Below are positions 1 through 11,500 of a DNA stretch of 64,000 nucleotides, piece after piece; position 1 is the stretch's first letter; each line of letters starts with the position of its first letter. The stretch is from positions 3,534,001 through 3,598,000 of the forward strand of contig CM060732.1 in the NCBI GenBank assembly GCA_030704615.1. Reading direction: 5' to 3'. This DNA is from Takakia lepidozioides (lineage: Eukaryota > Plantae > Bryophyta). The notes beneath the pieces are model-generated. The model was not told the DNA's origin. It ran no database searches and was given only the letters and a program-made list of their open reading frames with translations. The translations under genes and the position numbers were made by a program.

Positions 1-1560
1 TTGTTTGGGTTGGGCCCCATTTTCCATTGCCCTCCGAATGATTTCTCTGGCACGGTACCTCTTGTCCTTCAAGTTCCGCCCCACCATCTCCATCACCCTT
101 GTGTCACTCCAATTGCCCGGAAACCGGCAGTCTAACTCACGGGCATACGCCCGCTTCGTGCCAAAGTGCTGATCAGCCCACTCAATGTGCCAAGGGAACC
201 ACCGCGCTGCGAGTTTGAAGGTTGGCTTCTTCATAACCTCCCAGAACGCACCTCAGGGGTCACCATGGCGATTGACCTCCATCGGTGGTACCACAATCTT
301 TGTCAACTCCACGTCCTCTATCCCCAAGGATTTCTTCTTCTTCCCACCCTCTCCCTTCTTTGTAGCCTCCTTCCCCTGCTCCTTTGTTACCCCACTGCCC
401 TCCCCCGCATGCACACTCATCCCTTCGGGAAGGGGAAGGAGATGGTCGTGGAGAAGGGGAAGGAAAAGAAGAAGAAGAAGAAGTCCCGTGGTACTTCCTC
501 TCTCTCCTTCTCCCTCTCCCTTCTCTCTCTCTCCTCGGCAGCCCCTTCATTCATGGTAAAAGGGACCTCGGGAGGTCGAGGCCTCTTCTTCTTACCTTTG
601 GTGTTCGGGTCCTTCATGAACACCACGTGCTCTCCCTCATTGGCAACCGCACCGGATTGCGCCAATGAGGCCAAGAATGTTGCTGCCTCCTGAAGACGAA
701 TAACCCCCCCAAATTCAAAAAAAGAAACAAACAACAAAGAAATCATGCATGCAAAGGAAAGGACAAAACATGGAACAAAGTGCGACAGTTGTACCTTTGC
801 AAGCTTGGCCGACTCGCCCCCAGTGTCACCCAATAGCCGGTGGCGGCGCCCCGTAGACCAGGCCCTTCTTTGCTGACCGCTCAGGCTGAGGGGGCGGCGT
901 CGCTGACCGGCTAGGCTCTCCACCAGCCCGTAGCTCCCCCCCCCCCCGCCACAAATGCTCCACAAGAATCGAGGCCCTCACCCGGCTTGACTATTTCGAG
1001 GCGCTTCCTCAACTCAGCCACCTCATTGGCCCTCCTCATCCCCTCATCCCTCATCCTCAACATTGGGCTAGGAATGACCACTTCCAAAGGCCCTTGAACC
1101 TGACCTTGGGCCTTGGCAAGTGCAGCCTTCGCTGTGGAGGAAGGGGTCGCTATAGGGGTGACATCCAAAAGTTCCCCATACGGGGCCCTGAACGGGTGAT
1201 GCGCTTGCCAAGGTACATTTCACCCGTCTTGGTGGCCGGGGGTGTGCTCAACTGAGCATCCGGCTCAGCAACAACCTCCCGAATAGGAGAGCTGGCTGAG
1301 CCGGCCCCTGGCGCATCGAAGACGGGGACAAGAGGGGGGGGGGGGGGTAGGACTGGCCTCGGGGGGAGGACGACTCCTCCGGCTGCGGCTGTCGATGGGG
1401 CTGGTAAACCGTGAGACGCCAGCTCGTGTCACACGTGCCGACAGAGCATATGGGTTCTCCGCCCCTTTCTTTGGGGCAGGGGACTTCTTCTCTTTCCCCA
1501 TAAGCCTGGCACCTGTCATGCAAACCCAAAAGTTGGCCTCACCAGAAAACAACCTCTACA
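1..1560 (-). pseudogene. Degenerate CACTA TnpA/ORF2-like spliced gene fragment (runs off the left edge)
   Basis: Minus frame over ~430-1 reads KIVVPPMEVNRHGDP*GAFWEVMKKPTFKLAARWFPWHIEWADQHFGTKRAYARELDCRFPGNWSDTRVMEMVGRNLKDKRYRAR. This resembles the N..GqP.G / W / F / M....R..R pattern of CACTA accessory proteins. There is an in-frame stop and a GT-AG intron candidate at ~690-795. Confidence 0.4.
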
Positions 1561-1589
1561 TTCCAGATCCAAAAGAAAAAAGAAAAAAG

Positions 1590-2125
1590 AAACATGTGGG
1601 GGGCTGAGAGCAGCAAGTGCTGCTGGTCTCGAGAGGGGGCAACAAACAAACAAACAAAAAAGGTTGGGGGTTTTTTTTTTTTTCGATCTCTCCCTCTCTC
1701 TTCCTCTCTTTTGTGCTGCTCACAAAACAAAACAAACCAAGAAGGAGAGAGGGGGCAACAACGGAAAAAATAATTTTAAAAATAAATAAAATAAATTGGG
1801 GGGGAGTGACTGAGCAGCTGCTCAGTCACCCCCCCCCCCCCCCCCCCACCCTTTTTTTTTTTTGGGTTTCCTGATCTCTCCCTCTCTTTTGTGTTGCTCA
1901 CAAAAAAAAAAAAAAAAAAAAAAAAAAACAGAGAGGGAGAGAGGGGGCAGAAAAAGTTAAAGGTTAAAAATAGGTTTTGGGGTAGGGGTTAGGGTTTCCA
2001 CCGTAATTAATCATAATTAGGGGTAGTAAAGATCAATTCCAGGCCATAATCATATCATCCATAGACAAAAAAAAAAACCAGAGAGGTAGAGAGGGGGCAG
2101 AAAAAGTTAAAAAGAGAGAGGGAAG
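1590..2125. repeat. Low-complexity region with repeated GAGAGGGGGCA motifs and A/T/C/G runs (likely TE subterminal sequence)
   Basis: AGAGGGGGCA recurs at ~1632, ~1748, ~1940 and ~2090; the block TCTCTCCCTCTCT...GCTCACAAAA is duplicated. Confidence 0.4.
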
Positions 2126-2862
2126 ATATTATGTCTTGTCGGGACATGGACAAGACCTAATAAGGTCTTTGTCAAATTTACGACAAATCATCCTCATAAA
2201 GAGGCATTATCAATCATTCTCCATTTACAACCAGTCTTTATGATGATACATATCAGATTTCAATGACAAGAAATCCACGGGTGGGAGGGTGGGATTACTT
2301 AGAAAGCCACCCCTATATATAAGCCAGCTTTACATTCTGAAAAACATAGCTCTAGGCATGCCACTCCTATATATGAGCCAGTCCTATATATGAGCCTTTC
2401 GTCATCGAAAGTGACCATCAACTCCTTTGCTTTATACCTTTTACAGCAGCTTAGTTGGATCTCTGGAAATGGTATTCCAAAGTTTCATACCAATCATTCA
2501 GTAAACCAGCTATAGTACAGCTACTGATAACCAACATTGCTTAGTTATAACTTACTGATAGCCAAAAGTACTTAGGCATTACCAGGTCATACCCCCACGG
2601 GTTTTAAAAAAAAAAACATCAGATGACAGTGTGTAATCTGAACATATCTTTACATAAACTAGGATGTTTGGGAGGTATTCCCGGCCTTATCAAAGCACTG
2701 CCATGTTAAAGGATATCTACTCAAACAAATCTGCCAGCTATAAAGGTTGAGCTTTAATCAAAAACTGCAGTAAATTTGCTGTTTTGTACTGGTATTCCAG
2801 GTATTCCAGATTTTCAAGTTGCACATGCATAGTAAATCAGCAACATTAAATTTACTGATAAC

Positions 2863-3955
2863 TGTCGCGCGGCTTTTACTCACCCATCCCTTCGCTATCC
2901 GAGGCGGAAACTCCAAGATAGAAGAGTTGGAAATCTCTAAGTACTCAGCCCGCGCAGAACAATCAGTCATGACCTACAGCTAGTGTATCATGGGGGTGTT
3001 TCCTATTTGTTTCCCTTTTCGCATTCATCTTAGCTACCTTACCATTGATAATTACGTATTAGTTTCCTTCACTCCTCCATTCAATCCACAGCTTCACTCA
3101 GATCTCTCTACACAGTGTGATTGTATCGTATAAATATCAGATTATGATTTATCAGGTATCAGGCCGAAGCCATTGTATCTCTATTCTCCTCTACAATATC
3201 CCTACGGCTTTGCATCTAACAAGCATCTACTAATCCTCCTTCATCGTGCTCTCCGATCTCCGCTTCCGCCTGACTCCCAAGTCCTCCCCGAATAATGATC
3301 TCATCATAATCCCCGTTCTTCCCTTTATCCTCCTATCCGCGGTTCTAACCGTTTCCCTCTCTAACCGTCGTATGTGAACTAACATGTTCCCTTCTCTGGT
3401 GTTGTTCCCCACAGTCGTTCCCTGTCCTACTCTTCGTTCCCTATTATCGTGACAGCTGTGTCAAGCGGTGACTGGCTGTGTTTGGCTGTGTCGGGCTGTG
3501 ACTGGCTGTGTGGCTATGCCGGGCTGTGACTGGCTGTGTGGGCTGTGTCTGCTGTGACGACTTGTGACGGGCTGTGTGGGCTGTGTGGGCTGTGACGACT
3601 ATGACGGGCTGTGTGGGGAGTGGGGCTGTGACGGCTGTGAAGGGATGATGTGTTGGCTGTGTGGACTGTGACGCTGTGGGTGTTGCGGGCTGTGTGGGGC
3701 TGTGTGGGCTGTGTGGACTGTGACGGCTGTGTGTCGGGCTGTGTGGGCTGTGTCGGGCTGTGTCGGGCTGTGTGGGCTGTGTCGGCTGTGTGGCTGTGTG
3801 CTGTGTGTGTGTGCTGTGTGGGTGTGTGGGTGTGTAACCCCTTCTACAGTGCTCTGCTGTCACCCCTAAGGTTCCTGTTTGTCTCAGTCTGTGCAAAAAT
3901 TAAGGGTACCCTACAGATCCGTATAAGTGTCTAAGTCCCCTACAGTCCTCTAACA
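2863..3955 (-). repeat. 3' LTR of element 1
   Basis: Near-identical to 15343-16444 apart from the GGCTGTG tract; minus strand begins TGTTAGAGG and ends GCGCGACA. Confidence 0.97.
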
Positions 3956-3958
3956 TTA

Positions 3959-3971
3959 CCCCTCCCCCCTC
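3959..3971 (-). other. Polypurine tract of element 1
   Basis: GAGGGGGGAGGGG, 3 nt before the 3' LTR on the minus strand. Confidence 0.9.
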
Positions 3972-3985
3972 AAAAAGCCGTGTCC

Positions 3986-6900
3986 TCACGGTTTAATGTT
4001 TTCGAGTAGCAAACCTTTGTGAGTGATCACTTTGACGTTGAGAGTTTCGTGGTGGGCTGTGTGTACGAGCCCGAGGTCTGTCTCTGGTTGATGGAGATGG
4101 TTGATTACTACCTGGATAAGTGAGGCCTTCTGGAGGCTGATATCGAGGTAATCTTTCCGGTAGAGGAGATCCCCTTTGTTTCTTCGCTTCCATCTGAATT
4201 GTATAGTCTTCTCCCATGTCAAAAGAATTTTGTGAAGAACCAGTTGTATCAGAATCGTCATCGCCTCTAGGTGTTTTAATTTTCGAACTTTTTGTGGAAT
4301 CATCTGGGGCATACAATGCTGTCCTACCATGTCTGGAAGTTTGCATTTTACAACCTGGTGCAACCGTTGAACAGCAAAATTGTGTAGACACTGAGCTCCT
4401 TGTCTGTCCAAAGAGTGGGGTACCAATTACTGGTGCCGCGTGCAAGTATTTCCATGCGATATGTCCCTTATAGAAAATGTCATCAAGTCCGAATTTCTGT
4501 GTTGACAAATTGTTGCAGGCTGCTTGAAACCATGAACGAATTTGAGAATCCTTCTGTATCATAACTTTTGGGTCATATAGGTACATATGAGGTGGCACCG
4601 AAGGTAATACCCAATGATCTCCACTGGAGTAACTTTGAAAGCGTGCTTGCATCTTTTGTTGCTCAATGTGGTAACGTATCAGAAAACAAGCAGCGTAGTA
4701 TAGCCCGCACCCCATGACAATACTTGCTATCTCCTTGGTCTTGGTATAAATGAGTCCATGTACAACCTGGAAAGCAACCAATTCCTCAACATTGTACCTG
4801 CCTCGTGCCAGTATTGTGCAAAGTGATGATCTTCAATAGTCGATTGTTTGGAAGAACTTTAGTCCTGGTTGCCACTGGCAGCCAAATACGCATGATTTGG
4901 TAGTAATGTGCGAATGACTGCGGAGGACTAAATTCTTTCCAAGCCAAATCCAACATGAATGGAATTTGGTTGAAGGGCATAATCATAGCCCTACTGTACT
5001 CCCTGGCAGCTGGAGTTTAGGTGGGTTAAAAGCTGCATTGCCCCATACCTCCGGCTGTGGTGGCTGTGGTGGTGGTTGTAGTAACCACAGGTTCAGTTAC
5101 TGGTACACTGACCTGTTGTGGTGGGGTGGTAGTGGTTCCTGTACCATTGGCATCTCTTGCACCTCCTGTGAAGACTGAAAAGCCAGAGTTCTGGCTTTCA
5201 AATAAGAAGCCATTAGCTGTTCCCGAGGGATATAGACTCTTTGGTCGATGTTTGAAGTGAGGTCTTCCACTTGAGTCTGGAGTCCGTCTACATCCTCTTG
5301 TAACTCTGCTATCCTACTATAGACATTGTCTATAGTAGTTGTGGCAATGTTCTGCACCTGCAGTCTAAGCTCATTCATCTCGCTTTGGGTGAGCTTCCGT
5401 GGGGCTTTGCCTTCTACTGGCCCTTGTGCTAGCCAGACCTGCATAAGGCTGTTATCCACCAAGCTGCTTGTGGTTCCCCTGAGAGTTTGCTCCTCTCTTA
5501 GCTTATACAATTCCAATGCTGTTGTAAATCCTTCATGCGCTTCGCCTGTGGCTCAACCAATTGCGCATAGGCACAAGTAGATTATTGGCTTCTTTCGAAG
5601 CCTTGTTACTGATTGAGATTTCATTTCTATTGGCCACGATGTTTGTTGCAACTCCACGATGTATTTCTCATTCTCAGCTTCCATCTGCCTGTATTGCTTG
5701 AGAGTATCTTCATTGCGACAGATTGTATTCTTCATATCGACAATGAGCTTCATGTGCTCCGCACATTCTCTTCTTCTGCCTTCGTACATTTTCCGCTTGA
5801 CTGTTTATTTCTTTTGTTGATTGGTCAAGCATAGTTGTAATTGTAGCGCATTGTATTGCCATCCTGTTATGCACTGTTTGCAACTCCGTATGTAGTGCAT
5901 TCAGTTCTTGCAACTTGCTTTCATGCTGCACCTGCATTTGGTATAGCTGTTGCTTATGTGCTTCGTGCAACTGGTCTTGCGCGAGGCCTGCCTCAATCAA
6001 TTGTTGCTTGGCTAATTGCAAAGCCATTTCTGTATTGGCCAAGTCCTGCTTCATCTTGAGAGTGACCTCTTCATCGACCTTGTTTGCACACTCAGTGGCA
6101 AGTCGAGCCTCAAACTCCTTCCTGAGTTCTTCTTTCAAGGCTGTCAATTGGGTAATTGGAACATGGGTTTTGACATAAGTCCCCAACAAATTAAGTGTCC
6201 TGCCTATGGAACTCATCAGCATTTCCTGTTGAGGGTCATCATGGTGAGGTTGATGCTTTTTGTTCTCCCGATCTTCAACAGTATGATGTCTCACTAACCA
6301 TTCAGACCATTGTCCCACCGGATTTTCTTCCTGAACTACTTCATTCATGACCGGTGCTACAGTGTCATGGCCTTCTGCCTGTGGTACCTCCAACACAGGT
6401 GTGTGCATTATATGCACCTCAGGATTTCCTTTGGGCAACTGTTGCACCTCTGGGATTCTGTCTCCTTTACCAGACCAGAATATTCATAGAGAAGGTCCCC
6501 TTTCTCTATTTCTGCCACTATCTGCTCTGTAGTTGGAATCTCTATCCCTTCACTTTCCAAATCAATTATTTCGGTTTGAGCTGCATGGATAACTTGTGAC
6601 CTTGTGACAAGTCGTTCAAGTGGCTGTGTTGGTTGTGATGCAGAAGTAACTTCTTCCTCCCTCTCTGAAGGTCCTGCTTCCAGTAATAACATTCTTTTGT
6701 GCTGCTGTGCCCCTTCCTGGTTATGAGCTTGGGAAACATTATCATGCGGAATCCGTGAAGCCAGTGGATCCGCCACTACAGTCTTTCCCCTTCTCTGCCT
6801 CTTAGTCTCTGGTTGTGCTGCTAGTCACCCTCACTGTGTGAAGAGCCTTGCTCTTCCATTGCAGTTGTTTCTGGCTCAAACACTCCCATTTCCTTCCTTT

Positions 6901-7659
6901 CTTGTGCATTAAGTATGCCCGAACTAAGGATTATTTGAGCAATGATTGGGCCAGACACTATGATAGGAGATTTTGCGGTAGTACTTTGTAATCTTTTCAT
7001 CTCCTCTACCAGTGCATTGTACATTATGTCCGCCCATAGTACCTCTTGTCCCTTCAAGCCTTTGAGGATTTCCTCTGTGAAGGATTTGCTCAAATATTGT
7101 TGGTTCTGTTTCAGGGCAATCAGAACGTTCAATACTTGGCTTATGTCTTTTAACCCTGGGTACACAGCTTTGGTACAAGCATAACCCTGAGTTTTAAAGA
7201 AACTCCCTTCTTGGAATAAATCCCCTATTTGCAGTCTTTCCCTGTGTTCTTCCACATACACATGACCTGCTGGCAATTGAAACAATTGCTGGAGGTATAG
7301 GGGAGTAATCATTAATTCAACTCCCTTCACCGTTGTTGTTCCTGTCTTTGGCTCAAAGTTCTGCAAAAATTGTAACATGTACTGTCTATGGTGTAGTGTC
7401 CAATCCTTGCTTTGCAATCCTTCCAATCTCAGCTCCTTCAGTATCTTTGTCGCCTGTGTGGGGTAGCCATCGTTTGTTTCTGCAGAATGGTGGTGCTCTT
7501 CACCCTGATTTCCTCCATTCCTCTCACTCTCTTCATCTTAGACTCACCGAACTGCTTTGGCTGTAACAACTGCAGGAGTGCCTGTAGTGCACAAAGCAGA
7601 AACGTATGGTTGCCGCAGAAAGCTATGGGTAACCTCTTGTAAGCCTGCGGGGCTTGCAA
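3986..7659 (-). CDS. Extra 3' ORF of element 1 (frameshifted, ~1,200 codons): N-terminal plant-transposon-protein (Transposase_32-like) domain, coiled coil, unknown C-terminal domain
   Basis: Chain of sense ORFs 7659-7438, 7426-6821, 6776-6408, 6447-5710, 5789-5553, 5516-5097, 4986-4786, 4781-3993. Motifs LQFLQNF...TVKGVELMITPLYLQQLFQLP and WADIMYNALVEEM...GPIIAQII. Homologous to 41614-43710. Confidence 0.7.
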
Positions 7660-8227
7660 GCATTGTTCAAGAGAAAAGCTCTGCTCTTTCGTTTCGTGTC
7701 TCTGCCACTGCGTAAGTAATATTGCGAGCGTAAGTCTGTTAGTTCCTCCATAGTTTCCAAGTTATAGCATTTATGGCCTGTCCTGTCGAGACGCCCGTTA
7801 CTCTGAACGACGCCGCCTCTTGCGCTCAATTTCCCTCCATTTTCTTGATCATTTTTCTGGTTTTCTATTGGCTGTGGCCCTGCTGTTGTGACTGGATTTA
7901 ACTTTTATCTTCTTTAGTGGACTTTCCCTGTTGGATAGTCCACTAGGATCACACATGCGACATGAATTCGGCTTTTCTGTACTTGCCGTTCGTTCTGTTT
8001 CCCTTTTTCCGTAATCATTAATGGGTCCGCCTTTCATCCCTTTTGACGGCCGTTCTTGTCCTCTTTCTTTTTGACACCTGTCCTTGCACTTCATTCTCTG
8101 CTGTGTCGCACCCTGACCTCCACGTGTCTATTTTTAAATTAATTTCCGTTTCTTCTTCCTTCAGCCATTTTACTGAAGTTTTATGTGTCCACTTGTCACT
8201 GATTCTATGGATCGTGTAACTTTAGTA

Positions 8228-8596
8228 GGCTGTCTTGAGCTGTGTGATAGGCTGTGTTGCACTGTGGTAAGCTGTGATAGGCTGTGACACGCTGCGGTAG
8301 GTTGTGATAGGCTGTGTCACGCCTTGCTGGGTTGTGGTTGGCTGTGTCACGTCGTGACGGGCTGTGATAGGCTGTGTCACGTCGTGACGGGCTGTGGTAA
8401 GCTGTGTTGCGCCTTGCTGGGCTGTGGTTGGCTGTGTCACGTCGTGTGATGGGCTGTGATAGGAGGCTGTGTCACGCCGTGATGGGCTGTGATAGGCTGT
8501 GTTGGGCCTTGCTGGGCTGTGGTGGCTGTGTCACGTCGTGATGGGCTGTGATAGGCTGTGTCACGCCGTGATGGGCTGTGATAGGCTGTGTCACGT
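8228..8596. repeat. 30-bp tandem array (three 10-nt subunits, CACAGC core) after integrase in element 1
   Basis: Units such as GCTGTGATAG-GCTGTGTCAC-GTCGTGATGG, repeated about 12 times. Confidence 0.92.
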
Positions 8597-11500
8597 TTGT
8601 TTTGCCCACCCCGTCGTCATATATACTGGGCCTAGCGACAAGTGTTCCATACTCCGTTCGTAACACTGGTGCAGCCCGTGACTGCTCTTGCGGTTCAACA
8701 TGCAAATCATGTTGCAGGGGTTTGTCATGGATACCACTGTACCCCTTCAACTTATTTGCATTGACTCTTCCCAGCATTTCCTTTGTTAATGGTTTGTAAC
8801 ATGGCTGTGTTGTTATCATACATCTTTTGTATGACATAAGGTCCTTTCCATGGTGATTTAAGCTTAGAAGCTTGAATCTTTCCTTTCTTCTGCAACCAAA
8901 AACCAAATCCCCCCGTCTTAAAAGTCTTTAATTTGCCTTTATCAAACTGTTCCTTTCGCTTCATCTGAATTCTGGTCATATTATCAGCTGCATCAGCACG
9001 TACTTCTTCCACATGGTATAATTCATGTTTCCTGACCTTGATGGAGTCTTGCAATTCCATTCTTTTTCCCCACTCTGTTCTCATGGTAGGTAACAGGAAT
9101 TCCACTGGAAGTAAGGCTTCCATACCATAAACTAATTGGAATGGTGTATACTTAGTGGTGACTTTATATGAAGTCCTGTATGACCACAAAGCTGTCAGCA
9201 GCTTTGTATCCCAATCCGTTCTGTTGCATTGACTATCTTAGCCAAGATAGTACATAGTATTTTGTTGGTAGCCTCTGCCTGTCCATTACCCTGTGGGTAA
9301 TATGTTGTACTCTTTCTATGCACAATCATAAACTCTTTAGTCAATAACTCAATGGTCTCATTCATGAAGTGACTTCCTTGATCACTGATAAATTCTAAGG
9401 GACATCCAAATCGTGTAAGTATGTTCTCGTACAGGAACCTTGCTGTGGACTTGGCTGTGTTGTCCCTCAAAGCTTTAGCTTCCACCCACTTTGTAGTATA
9501 ATCATGGTGGCTGTAATTATGTACCTGTTTCGTGTATTCTTGGATGGTGGATTAATTGGTCCAACAAAGTCTAGTCCCCATTTCTGAAATGGTTCCGTAG
9601 GCATTGTAGGATGCAAGGCCATTCTTCCAGATCTCTGCAAAGGTCCTAGCCTCTGACATTCATCACACTTCTGACAATACTCATGTACATCTTTGAACAA
9701 CGTAGGCCACCAGTATCCTGCGAGTAGTATCTTTCTACTGGTAGTCTCTTCTCCAAAATGACCTCCAGCCACTCCTTTATGAACTTCCTCCAAGACTTTA
9801 TTTACTTCATGGTGGTACAAGCATCGTTTAGTACTCCATCAGGTCCTAACTTATACATTCTGCTTCCTACCATAGTATAAGGTAAAGCTCTGATAGCAAT
9901 TCTTTCCTTGCTCCTTACCATAACTAGGTGGGCACTGACCATGAGCAAGGTAGTATCTGATTGGCCATTGCCAATCTAACCATTCATCTGCACTTCCTTG
10001 CACCTCCATTACAAATAAACTCGCATCAGGTAACTGATCGTCCACTCCTGTGGCGGCCTCTCCTGTTGTTAGTCGTGACAAATGATCTGCCACAAGATGC
10101 AAACGGCCAGGCTTGTAAATAACTCGAACTCAAACTCATGCAAGATTATAACCACCACCTCGCTATCCTTCCTTATCAAAGGTTTGTTCACCAGATATAT
10201 CAGAGCCTGGTGATCCACATAAAACATAAACTTTCTTCCCAATAGGTAATGCCTGAATTTCTTCACTGCATAGATCATTGCCAATGCTTCTCTTTCCGTT
10301 GTGCTATAGTTCCTCTCAGCACTGTTCATCAACCGGCTAGCATAGTACACAGGTGAATCTATATTCCCTGTAACATTCTGGGCTAACACCGCTCCCAATG
10401 CTTCTCCTGATGCATCGCAGTGAACATGAAATACTACATGCCAGTGAGGGTTAATCAGCACAGGTGTAGTTGTTACTGACAGTGTAAGTTCCTCAAACGC
10501 CTGTTGACATTCAGCTGTCCATGCAAACACTGCATCTTTCTTCAGAAGCTTGCTCAATGGTGCTGCTATTTGTGCATACCTTTTGACAAATCTTCTGTAA
10601 TAACTGGTTTGCCCAAGGAATCTCCTTAAACTCTTAACATTCACTGGTGGTGGAGAGACTTTAATGGACTCTGTCTTCCTGGGATCCACAAGAAGTCCCT
10701 TCTTACACACTATGTGTCCCAGAAGCACCCCTGAGTTCACACAGAAAGTACACTTCTCTGGATTCAAGCCCAGACCTCTCATCCTGCATCTGGCCAGGCA
10801 TAACTCCAATTTATGCAAGTGCTCATTCTTAGAGCTGTACACACTGAAATCATCCAAAAACACCTGCATGAAATCATCCAGATACTCTTGAAAAGATTCA
10901 CTTATCACTCTCTGAAAGGTCGCTGGTGCATTACAAAGTCCAAAGGGCATGACTTTGTATGCATAAGCCCCCCAGTCTGTGATGAAAGCTGTTTTCCCTT
11001 GGTCTTCTTCTGCCACTTGCACTTGATTATAACCACTGAAGCCATCCATGAATGAGTACATCTCATGGCCTGCCACAGTGTCTAATACTGCTTCTGTGAA
11101 TGGCAAAGGGAAAGGATCTTTCTTCGTACAAGCATTCAGCTTCTTATAGTTCACACATACTCTTAGTTTGCCATTCTTCTTGGGAACTATAACAATGGGT
11201 GACAACCAAGTTGTATACTCTATTGGGTATATAAACTTAGCCTCAGCCAACTTCTTTATCTCTTCTCCAACCTTCTGTGCGTAGTTGGGATTCATTCTAT
11301 ACCTCGCCTGCTTGATTGGCACTGACCCTGGTTCCAGTTCAATTTTATGCTGACAGACTTCAGGTGGTATCCCTTTTAGATCCTCATAGCTCCAAGCAAA
11401 TACATCTCTGTATTTGATGAACAAGCTTTTAGCTTCTTCGAAGAATTCGGCTCCAAATCAGCTCCTACTTTCACCATCCTTGGTTCCTCCGGAGTTCCCA

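Noticed and set aside
1975-2000. Telomeric repeat (GGGTTAGGGTTT)
   Set aside because: Only one or two units, at best a telo-box-like motif.
3444-3934. His/Thr/Gln-rich and Cys/Val-rich ORFs in the LTRs (also 15993-16466)
   Set aside because: Stop-free by-products of the GGCTGTG tract; not conserved between the two LTRs.
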